From positions 1-10,016 of the forward strand of contig JBBSVW010000062.1 in the NCBI GenBank assembly GCA_038046605.1: 10,016 nucleotides of DNA. The letters are read 5' to 3'. Source of the DNA: Candidatus Micrarchaeota archaeon (lineage in GTDB: Archaea; Micrarchaeota; Micrarchaeia; Norongarragalinales; SBBD01). Position numbers and translations under genes: made by a program. Every line of letters begins with the position of its first letter. Positions within the stretch are counted from its first letter, which is position 1. Shown piece by piece: positions 1 through 6,053 of this stretch. Under the pieces are notes generated by a model that was not told where the DNA came from, searched no databases, and saw nothing but the letters and a program-made list of their open reading frames with translations.

Positions 1-70
1 CGGTACTATGCATTTGTATTGTGAAAAAGTGTAACCCAATTATCGTGAACCGCAAATAATCACACCTATC

Positions 71-85
71 CAAAAACCTTATAAA
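71..85 (+). promoter_or_regulatory. Putative archaeal promoter (BRE + TATA box) for the tRNA-Ser/rps13 operon
   Basis: CAAAAACC-TTATAAA: an A-rich BRE-like stretch followed by TTATAAA (79-85), upstream of tRNA-Ser. Motif match by eye only. Confidence 0.55.
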
Positions 86-144
86 CCTGTTTTGCAACAA
101 ATGTAGCCTACGAACATATCGATTTTCTGATACGCAAGACAAAG

Positions 145-246
145 TGCCTTTCTTTTTTCCGAGGGGCTTTTATCTTCCTTGAAGAGCCGTAAAGCTCTTT
201 GAGGCCATGCAGAACTTTGTTCTGCTTGGTCGCGAAAGAAAAAAGG
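145..246 (-). repeat. Palindromic MITE/REP-like element, copy 1 (upstream of tRNA-Ser)
   Basis: Imperfect terminal inverted repeats (CCTTTCTTTTTTC 147-159 / GAAAGAAAAAAGG 234-246) enclose two hairpins: TTGAAGAGC-cgtaaa-GCTCTTTGA (179-202) and GGCCA-t-GCAGAAC-ttt-GTTCTGC-t-TGGTC (203-231). The reverse complement aligns with 3487-3567. Confidence 0.65.
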
Positions 247-286
247 TTGTGCCGGGATGGCTGAGCGGTCAAGGCGCCAGCCTGGA

Positions 287-325
287 AGCTTTCTTCCTAA
301 ATTGTTTAGGCAGAAAATACAGGGA
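287..325 (+). other. tRNA-Ser anticodon-loop intron, 39 nt (36/37 or 37/38; boundary can slide)
   Basis: Internal hairpin TTTCT-t-CCTAAA-ttg-TTTAGG-c-AGAAA. The best 4-bp central helix is CCTG(281-284)/CAGG(320-323) with GAA bulges, which gives 36/37. A GGAA direct repeat makes 288-326 (37/38) yield the same mature tRNA. Confidence 0.8.
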
Positions 326-358
326 AAGCTGGTTCTCGAAAGGGATCCTGGGTTCGAA

Positions 359-458
359 TTCCTCCGCACGGAGGTTGCCTAACGAACTTCTTTTGGAATG
401 TGTAGATTCCAGAAAATTTTTGTTGCATTCATTTTGGGCGCCGTGCAAGGGACGAATA
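359..458 (+). other. tRNA-Ser T-loop intron at 59/60, 100 nt
   Basis: Strict bulge-helix-bulge: T stem as outer helix, central helix TTCG(353-356)/CGAA(453-456), bulges AAT(357-359) and TAT(457-459), inner helix TCCT/GGGA followed by GCACGG/CCGTGC. Confidence 0.9.
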
Positions 459-497
459 TCCCAGTCCCGGCGCTTTTATTTACGTCAAGTGGATTTG

Positions 498-1292
498 ATG
501 ACAGAGCAAAATCAGCAAAATGCGCATGCAAAGCCCCCTGTAGCGAATGCTAATTCCCAGGGGCAGGCGTCAACCAATGCCCCAAAGCCTCATGTCCAGC
601 CAGCTAATCCCCAGCAGGGCTCGCCAGCACAAAAGCCGCAGGGCGCTCCACAGGGCGGAGCTCCAGCCCAGGGAGGGGCGCAGGCAAAACCATCTTCGGC
701 ACCGGTTCAAAAAGGCGCAATTCCAGCAGGAAAGCCCGGAGCCCCGGCAGCCTACAAGGTCGATGAAAACCCAAACTTCAGGGGAATTGTCCGAGTCGTT
801 GGCAAGGATCTGGACGGCCATTTCAATATTTACAAGGCGCTCCTTCGCGTAAAGGGCATAGGCGCAACGCTTGCAAGGACTCTTGAAAAAGTAATCATCA
901 GGGAGATGAAAATCACCAAATCTACGAGGGTCGGGGATCTAACTGAAGAGCAAATCGAGAAAATCGATGAGATTGCTAAGAACCCTTCAGCCCACGGCAT
1001 CAAGTCATTTTTACTAAACAGGCAAAAGGATAGGGAAACCGGGAAAAATTTGCACCTTCTCATGAACGATTTGATCTTTGCCCAAAGGCAGGATATCCAA
1101 ATCGAAAAGGACACCAAAACCTACAAGGGCTGGCGCATGACACTTGGGCAGCGTGTCCGCGGGCAGCACAGCAGGACAACTGGCAGGAGCGGATTCACAG
1201 TCGGGGTCATGAAAAAGGCAATCAAGGATCAGAAGGCGGCGGCGGCTACAAGTGCGCAGGACAAGAGCAAGCCATCTGAGAAGAAGAAATAA
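498..1292 (+). CDS. rps13: 30S ribosomal protein S13 (uS13) with long Q/P/A/G-rich N-terminal extension
   Basis: Archaeal uS13 motifs FRGIVRVVGKDLDG, ALLRVKGIG, FLLNRQKDRETG, TYKGWR..GQRVRGQHSRTTGR. The start was moved from 207 to ATG 498 because the longer ORF runs through tRNA-Ser. Confidence 0.93.
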   Translation: MTEQNQQNAHAKPPVANANSQGQASTNAPKPHVQPANPQQGSPAQKPQGAPQGGAPAQGGAQAKPSSAPVQKGAIPAGKPGAPAAYKVDENPNFRGIVRVVGKDLDGHFNIYKALLRVKGIGATLARTLEKVIIREMKITKSTRVGDLTEEQIEKIDEIAKNPSAHGIKSFLLNRQKDRETGKNLHLLMNDLIFAQRQDIQIEKDTKTYKGWRMTLGQRVRGQHSRTTGRSGFTVGVMKKAIKDQKAAAATSAQDKSKPSEKKK

Positions 1293-1307
1293 TAACTAGG
1301 GATCACG

Positions 1308-1895
1308 ATGGGAGCAAAAAGGCTAAGAAAAACCTACGAAAAGCCAAAGAAGCTGTGGGATAAGACAAGGATCGAAACCGAAAGGAAGCTCAAGGACGAG
1401 TACGGCCTAAAGAACGCAAGGGAAGTTTGGAAGATGCAAACCATCCTAAGGAAGATCCGGCGCGAGGCAAGGAGGCTATTGTCAGGCAAGGGAACCGACA
1501 TTGAAGAGAGGTCCAAGATGCTTATTGCAAGGATCCGGAAATTCCTAATCAAGAAAGAGCAAATCACGCTTGATGATGTTTTGACGCTTACAATCAGGGA
1601 CATTTTGGAGCGCAGGCTCCAGACAATTGTCTACAAGAAGCGCCTGGCAAAAAGCGTTAGGCAAGCAAGGCAGTTCATTGCGCATGGCCATATCGCAGTC
1701 AAGGGGATTAAAATCTCAGCGCCATCCTATTTAGTGAAATTCGACGAGGAGCAAATTGTGGAATGGTACGGGCATGCGCTTGAATCAAACCCCCACGTCG
1801 TGAAAACAAAGGAAAGCAAGGTTGAAGAGCCAATTGGAGCTGGCATTTCAGAACCATCCGAAATTAAGGAAGAACCAAAGGCAAGTGACAATTAA
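1308..1895 (+). CDS. rps4: 30S ribosomal protein S4 (uS4), archaeal type
   Basis: [53 protein letters not shown]; position in the S13-S4-S11-rpoD operon. Confidence 0.96.
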   Translation: MGAKRLRKTYEKPKKLWDKTRIETERKLKDEYGLKNAREVWKMQTILRKIRREARRLLSGKGTDIEERSKMLIARIRKFLIKKEQITLDDVLTLTIRDILERRLQTIVYKKRLAKSVRQARQFIAHGHIAVKGIKISAPSYLVKFDEEQIVEWYGHALESNPHVVKTKESKVEEPIGAGISEPSEIKEEPKASDN

Positions 1896-1897
1896 CC

Positions 1898-2479
1898 ATG
1901 TCAAACGAAATCAATTCAAAGGTTGCAGCAAAGGAAGGGGCAGCGCCAGTTTCAAGCCCAGCAGCTGCCCCTACAACAGCGCCAGTCGCATCATCTCCTG
2001 CTCCAGCAGCATCACCATCAACAAGTTCTTCACCCCAGCCAGAGCAAAGGAGGTTTGGGAGGGATGATAGGTACGAAAAGAAATACATTTTAAAGGAAGG
2101 CAAATGGGGGGTTGCGCACATCTACTCTTCAAAAAACGACACAATTATCACAATTACGGATTTATCCGGCGCCGAAACTATTTCAAAGGGAAGCGGCGGA
2201 ATGATCGTCAAGAATTCGAGGGAGGAAGGTTCACCCTACGCGGCAATGCAGGCGGCCTTCAAGGCGGCGGAAAAAGCCAAGGAGCGGGGGATTGTTGGAA
2301 TCAACATCCGCGTCAGGGCTCCTGGGGGCCACCACACAAAAACGCCAGGCTCGGGCGCGCAGGCGGCAATTAGGGCTCTAGCCAGATCGGGCCTTCGGAT
2401 TGGCAAAATAGAGGATGTGACGCCGGTGCCAACTGACACCACAAAGCGGCCGGGCGGAAAGAGGGGAAGGAGGGTTTGA
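1898..2479 (+). CDS. rps11: 30S ribosomal protein S11 (uS11) with A/P/S-rich N-terminal extension
   Basis: [72 protein letters not shown]. Confidence 0.96.
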   Translation: MSNEINSKVAAKEGAAPVSSPAAAPTTAPVASSPAPAASPSTSSSPQPEQRRFGRDDRYEKKYILKEGKWGVAHIYSSKNDTIITITDLSGAETISKGSGGMIVKNSREEGSPYAAMQAAFKAAEKAKERGIVGINIRVRAPGGHHTKTPGSGAQAAIRALARSGLRIGKIEDVTPVPTDTTKRPGGKRGRRV

Positions 2480-2490
2480 GGCGTATAGAT

Positions 2491-3072
2491 ATGCAAATTG
2501 AAATTTTGAAAAACGAAGGGCCCAAATTGGAAGGAAAGGTAAAGGGCGCAAGCGTTGGGATCATGAACGCCCTTAGGAGGGCGGTTATCTCCGATCTTGA
2601 GTCATTTGCAATCGAGGAGGTGGACTTTTACGAAAACAACTCCGCGATGTTCAACGATTACCTTGCAAACAGGCTTGGAATGATCCCCCTCACATTCGAA
2701 AAAAGCGATACGGAAGGGGCGGATATCACACTTGCGCTCAATGCGGAAGGGCCGTGCATGGTTTATTCCCGCGACCTGAAAAGCTCGGATGAAAAGATCC
2801 GTGTTTACAATGACAACGTGCCAATCATCAAGCTTGCGGCAAACCAAAAGCTCCGGCTTGAGGCGCACGCCACAAGGGGTACAATGAAAAAGCATGCGAA
2901 ATTCCAATGCGCAATATTCTCGTACGAATATGATCTTGAAAAGAAAAACCCGGAGTTCGGGTTCTTTGTTGAAAGCTACAACAATTTGACGGGTGAAGAA
3001 CAGCTCATCCGCGCATTGAAATTACTTGGTGAAAAGGCGGAAATGCTATTGAAGGCAAAGGAGCTGAAGTAA
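2491..3072 (+). CDS. rpoD: DNA-directed RNA polymerase subunit D (Rpo3), short form
   Basis: NALRRAVI, FAIEEVDFYENNSAMFNDYLANRLGMIPL, GPCMVYSRDLKS, IIKLAANQKLRLEA..G..KKHAKFQ, FFVES. ATG 2491 was preferred over the TTG at 2476. Confidence 0.93.
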   Translation: MQIEILKNEGPKLEGKVKGASVGIMNALRRAVISDLESFAIEEVDFYENNSAMFNDYLANRLGMIPLTFEKSDTEGADITLALNAEGPCMVYSRDLKSSDEKIRVYNDNVPIIKLAANQKLRLEAHATRGTMKKHAKFQCAIFSYEYDLEKKNPEFGFFVESYNNLTGEEQLIRALKLLGEKAEMLLKAKELK

Positions 3073-3320
3073 TGTTAATACGTGTGATTCCGAACGCAAA
3101 AAAGTTCGGGATTGCCATCAGGGAAGGCAGGATCATTGTGCGGATAAAAGCCGCCGCAAGGGAAAATGCCGCAAACAAGGAATTGCTTACGGAGCTTAGG
3201 GAATTGACAGGGAAAAAAGTCCATCTGCAAAAAGGCGCAAGGGCCCGGAAAAAGGAAATTGTTTTCGAGGGTTTGGCCGATGAGGATGCAATGGTGCTTT
3301 TAAGGAAGGAGGCGGAATAG
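3072..3320 (+). CDS. DUF167 / UPF0235 (YggU-like) family protein
   Basis: IRVIPNAKK, VRIKAAARENAANKEL, GARARKKEI match the DUF167 pattern (V.P.A....V...P..G.AN.EL...G..SR.K). Start overlaps the rpoD stop (TAATG). Confidence 0.75.
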   Translation: MLIRVIPNAKKFGIAIREGRIIVRIKAAARENAANKELLTELRELTGKKVHLQKGARARKKEIVFEGLADEDAMVLLRKEAE

Positions 3321-3379
3321 GAGCCTACCTTCAATAAAGCCTGCAGACATTTATTGCAGGGGTGGCAGAGCCTGGTCAA

Positions 3380-3434
3380 AAAAAATGAAAAGCCGTCCTT
3401 TTAAGAACAGATCGGCTCGATCATTTTTGTCCAA
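3380..3434 (+). other. tRNA-Leu D-loop intron at ~21/22, 55 nt
   Basis: Relaxed BHB: central helix GGTC(3374-3377)/GTCC(3429-3432) with 3 of 4 pairs, AAA bulges, 8-bp inner helix AAAAATGA(3381-3388)/TCATTTTT(3421-3428), then AGCCG/CGGCT. Confidence 0.82.
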
Positions 3435-3480
3435 ATGCGCAGGGTTGAGGTCTCTGTTCCTTAGGGATGCCTGGGTTCAA

Positions 3481-3728
3481 AGGCCTTGCTTTTCTTTTTT
3501 CCGACCGTGCAGAAAAAAATTTCTGCGCGGCCCCAAAGAGCTTCGCTCTTTGCGGAAAAGAAAAGCGATGGCGCCGCAATGCGCTAGAATCGCGAGATTC
3601 TAGGCATGCGCAGAATCCAAAGATTCTGCCGCAAAGAAAAAAGGTTTTGATGCGCGCATCATATGTGTTTCTTTGGCGCGGTGCCGTCCGCACCTTTCTT
3701 TCAAAAGAAAGGGGCAAGGCGCGGATAG
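3481..3728 (+). other. tRNA-Leu T-loop intron at ~58/59, 248 nt, multi-branched
   Basis: Removal restores GGG-TTCAAAT-CCC. Central helix GTTC(3475-3478)/GGAT(3723-3726) with two G-U pairs, bulges AAA and AGA, closing helix GCCTTGC(3483-3489)/GCAAGGC(3714-3720). Confidence 0.78.
3487..3567 (+). repeat. Palindromic MITE/REP-like element, copy 2 (inside the tRNA-Leu intron)
   Basis: Terminal inverted repeats GCTTTTCTTTTttCCG / CGGAAAAGAAAAGC enclose CCGTGCAGAAA-aaaa-TTTCTGCGCGG (3505-3530) and CAAAGAGC-ttc-GCTCTTTG (3534-3552). Confidence 0.65.
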
Positions 3729-3770
3729 ATCCCAGCCCCTGCATAATTTTTGTAATTGGAGAGGATTTGC

Positions 3771-4130
3771 ATGAAACGAGGAAGTGAAATTGGAAGCTTA
3801 AGGAAGCTAATTGTTGATCTCGAGCGCACCGGGAGGAAGGGCAAGGCGCCAATTTGGACAAGGGTTGCATACATGCTCTCGAAGCCAACGCGCCAGCGCT
3901 GCGAAGTCAACCTGAACAAGATTAATTCCGTTACTAACGATGGTGACGTGATTGTCATTCCGGGAAAAGTCCTTGGAATTGGCAAAATAGAAAAGAAGGT
4001 GAAAGTGGCAGCATTCCGCTTCTCCAAATCCGCCATTTCAAAGATGGCTAAAGCTGGTATCGAACATGTTAGCATTGAAAAACTCCTGGCAACAAACGCA
4101 AAGGGCGCAAAAGTGAGGATCATAGTATGA
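3771..4130 (+). CDS. rpl18e: 50S ribosomal protein L18e (eL18)
   Basis: APIWTRVAYMLSKPTRQRCEVNLNKI, VIVIPGKVLGIG, VKVAAFRFSKSAISK. ATG 3771 follows a GGAGAGG ribosome-binding site. Confidence 0.94.
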   Translation: MKRGSEIGSLRKLIVDLERTGRKGKAPIWTRVAYMLSKPTRQRCEVNLNKINSVTNDGDVIVIPGKVLGIGKIEKKVKVAAFRFSKSAISKMAKAGIEHVSIEKLLATNAKGAKVRIIV

Positions 4131-4534
4131 TAGTAATAGACGCCGATGGGGCAATTGTAGGAAGGCTTGCAGCAATAGTTGCCAAGCGGTCACTCCAGGG
4201 GGAGGAAGTGGTCATTGTGAACGCGGAAAAAGCGGTCATCAGCGGGGATCCCCTCAAAACCAAGGAAAAATATTACAACAGGAGGCAGATGACAAACAAG
4301 GCAAATCCAGCTGAGGCGGCAAAGTGGCCGCGAAGGCCGGATTTATTGCTAAAGCGCATCATTACAGGCATGCTGCCAAAGCACTCGGGCAGGGGCAAGG
4401 CGGCGGGTTCCCGCATCAAGGCGTTCCTTGGGGTACCAAAGGAATATGCCGGAAAGGAAACAAAATTTGAGTTCACATCCGCAAGGCTTGCCAACAAATA
4501 CATGAATTTAAAGGAATTGACGCAAGGAATCTAA
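4127..4534 (+). CDS. rpl13: 50S ribosomal protein L13 (uL13)
   Basis: MIVIDADGAIVGRLAAIVAK..L.GEEVVIVNAEKAVISG, PRRPDLLLKRIITGMLP; ATGA overlap with rpl18e. Confidence 0.96.
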   Translation: MIVIDADGAIVGRLAAIVAKRSLQGEEVVIVNAEKAVISGDPLKTKEKYYNRRQMTNKANPAEAAKWPRRPDLLLKRIITGMLPKHSGRGKAAGSRIKAFLGVPKEYAGKETKFEFTSARLANKYMNLKELTQGI

Positions 4535-4542
4535 GTGATAAT

Positions 4543-5010
4543 ATGACGGAAATCGCTCAGGAAAAGGAGGCCCAAAAAGTTGCCGACGCATTGATTGGCG
4601 CTGACAAGAAGAAGAAAAGGAAGGCAATTGTCACAAGGGGCAAACGCAAGGAGGCAATTGCGCGCGCGACCATTGTCGAGGGATCCGGAAAAATTTACAT
4701 CAACGGCAAAATGCTTAGCTCATATGATTCACCCTTCCTTAACGAGGTTGTGGGCGAGCCGCTGAATTTTGTAACGGATCACAATTTCGATATCCGAATC
4801 AATGTTCGCGGCGGGGGCTTTTCGGGACAGGCGCAGGCAGCAAGGACCGCAATTGCCAGGGCGCTTGTAAAATTCACCAAGGATGACAAATTGAAAGCGG
4901 CATACGTTGCTTATGACCGCAGCCTTCTAGTGGAGGATCCAAGGCGCGTTGAACCGAAGAAATTCAAGGGCCCAAAGGCAAGGGCAAGGTTCACGAAATC
5001 ATACCGTTAA
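4543..5010 (+). CDS. rps9: 30S ribosomal protein S9 (uS9)
   Basis: GKRKEAIARA, VRGGGFSGQAQAARTAIARALV, YDRSLLVEDPRRVEPKKFKGPKARARFTKSYR. Confidence 0.96.
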   Translation: MTEIAQEKEAQKVADALIGADKKKKRKAIVTRGKRKEAIARATIVEGSGKIYINGKMLSSYDSPFLNEVVGEPLNFVTDHNFDIRINVRGGGFSGQAQAARTAIARALVKFTKDDKLKAAYVAYDRSLLVEDPRRVEPKKFKGPKARARFTKSYR

Positions 5011-5124
5011 CTTAATATTCTCCTCTCCAGTAGGCGATATGTCATATTGGGCATAGCATCGAACGGAAGTCAATTTTTTTCCGTAAAACATGCCCACCTA
5101 AATCATTGTAATTGGTAGATCATT

Positions 5125-5490
5125 GTGGCAAGAGGAAGGAAGCGAGTATTGAAAGTGTGCCCAGAATGCGGAAGCACGCAGGTCAAGCCCGCAAAGGAAA
5201 TTGACGAATGGGCATCCATTGAAGAGCAGATGAATTCGTCCGGCGGGGACAAGCACGAATGCCAGGAGTGCGGCTACAAGGGAGAGCTCATTGGGATTGC
5301 GGAAACCCCGGAGGAGGATGAAGCTTCAGAGGACAAGGAAGAGGATGAATTGGAGGCAAAACCGGCGCCCATAACAAAAGTGGAAGTGATAAAGCCGGAA
5401 AAAAGCACGGCGGTAAAATCGGGAAAAGCGCAAAAAGCAAAATCAAAAAAAGGCAAAAAAATAAAGCCGGGAAAGAAACTTAAAAAATAA
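5125..5490 (+). CDS. Hypothetical Zn-ribbon protein with acidic linker and Lys-rich tail
   Basis: CPECGS...CQECGY double CxxC knuckle, then EEDEASEDKEEDE, then a K-rich C-terminus. GTG start; same strand as the operon and fills the gap between rps9 and rpoN. Confidence 0.75.
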   Translation: MARGRKRVLKVCPECGSTQVKPAKEIDEWASIEEQMNSSGGDKHECQECGYKGELIGIAETPEEDEASEDKEEDELEAKPAPITKVEVIKPEKSTAVKSGKAQKAKSKKGKKIKPGKKLKK

Positions 5491-5587
5491 ATAATAAAAA
5501 TGAGCAAGTGGGATGGGACAATAAAAATCCAAATTTCTAAATCAATAATTCTTAAAATTAATCCAATAATAAAATGGTCGATGAAAT

Positions 5588-5803
5588 ATGATGATTCCCG
5601 TCCGGTGCTTTTCCTGTGGCAAGGTCGTTGCCGACAAGTACTATGAGTTCCGCGAGGAAATTGAGAAGACAAAGCACATGCATAAGGAAGGGGACGTTGG
5701 GAAGATCCTGGATAAGCTGGGGTATGAGCGCTACTGCTGCCGAAGGATGGTGCTTTCGCAGGAGGAGCTGATTGATGAAATATTGCCTTATTCCAGATAT
5801 TAG
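5588..5803 (+). CDS. rpoN: DNA-directed RNA polymerase subunit N (Rpo10)
   Basis: [14 protein letters not shown]...[15 protein letters not shown], the RPB10/RpoN signature. Confidence 0.97.
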   Translation: MMIPVRCFSCGKVVADKYYEFREEIEKTKHMHKEGDVGKILDKLGYERYCCRRMVLSQEELIDEILPYSRY

Positions 5804-5938
5804 GATTTCCGTCTGCTTATTTTTTGCAGCCCATCCCCACGCGGCTTTGCGCATGAATTGGTTGAAGACTACGGCCGCTTGAGGTTTGCTGCTCCCATAT
5901 CTACAGCCACTCGGATTTTTTATGCAGATCCTAACCAT

Positions 5939-5954
5939 GCAAAAAGTATATTAA
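5939..5954 (+). promoter_or_regulatory. Putative BRE/TATA promoter of the aro operon
   Basis: GCAAAAAG-TATATTAA ends ~25 nt upstream of the leader ATG (5979), the spacing expected for a near-leaderless archaeal transcript. Confidence 0.6.
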
Positions 5955-5978
5955 CCAGAACCCGCACAACGTATTCCT

Positions 5979-6053
5979 ATGGCTAGGGAAGTTCTTTCAA
6001 AATCTGTTTCTGCAGGTTTCTCTAGCTTCGGCTATTTCTATTTCTGGCAATAA
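5979..6053 (+). CDS. Putative aromatic amino acid-sensing leader peptide (24 aa, MAREVLSKSVSAGFSSFGYFYFWQ)
   Basis: ATG 5979 to TAA 6051-6053. Five consecutive aromatic codons TAT TTC TAT TTC TGG, plus two more Phe codons, directly upstream of the shikimate pathway genes. Confidence 0.8.
   Translation: MAREVLSKSVSAGFSSFGYFYFWQ

Larger units (their letters stand above)
251..472 (+). tRNA. tRNA-Ser(GGA) with two introns
   Basis: Acceptor stem GCCGGGA(251-257)/TCCCGGC(465-471) with G73. D arm GCTGAGCGGTCAAGGC. Anticodon stem CCAGC(277-281)/GCTGG(328-332) with CT-GGA-AA loop after removing 39 nt. Long variable arm TCTC-GAAA-GGGA. T stem CTGGG(348-352)/CCCAG(460-464) with loop TTCGAAT after removing 100 nt. 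A tRNA-Ser upstream of rps13 is a common archaeal arrangement. Confidence 0.93.
3356..3743 (+). tRNA. tRNA-Leu(GAG) with two introns (D-loop and T-loop)
   Basis: Acceptor stem GCAGGGG(3356-3362)/CCCCTGC(3736-3742) with A73. D arm GCAGAGCCTGGTCAA|ATGC. Anticodon arm CAGGG-TT-GAG-GT-CTCTG (3440-3456). Variable arm TCC-TTAG-GGA. T stem CTGGG(3471-3475)/CCCAG(3731-3735). A tRNA-Leu just before rpl18e is a common archaeal arrangement. Confidence 0.9.

Noticed and set aside
1-55. Possible start of a divergent minus-strand gene (TTG at 55 after AGGTG; MRFTIIGLHFFTIQMHST...)
   Set aside because: Only 18 codons are visible at the window edge, which is not enough to support a call.
207-497. 97-aa N-terminal extension of the rps13 ORF in the ORF track
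   Set aside because: It runs through tRNA-Ser and its introns, so it is a chance open frame; ATG 498 is the plausible start.
145-3712. CRISPR array suggested by the recurring hairpins
   Set aside because: There are no regularly spaced identical direct repeats with unique spacers and no cas genes.
3481-3728. Box C/D guide RNA within the intron (as in the euryarchaeal tRNA-Trp intron), or a group I/II intron
   Set aside because: There is no RTGATGA box C and no CTGA box D. I could not see group I core elements or a group II domain V, and the ends fit a BHB-type junction instead.
3385-3888. ORFs 3385-3603(+), 3467-3787(+) and 3421-3888(-) as intron-encoded proteins such as a homing endonuclease
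   Set aside because: They cross tRNA exons or rpl18e, show no LAGLIDADG/HNH/GIY-YIG motif, and their composition simply reflects the palindromic sequence.
5558-5938. 126-aa minus-strand ORF
   Set aside because: It is antisense to the whole of rpoN and has no recognisable motif.
5804-5938. tRNA-Pro expected after rpoN
   Set aside because: No cloverleaf or GTTCRAATC T-arm was found on either strand.
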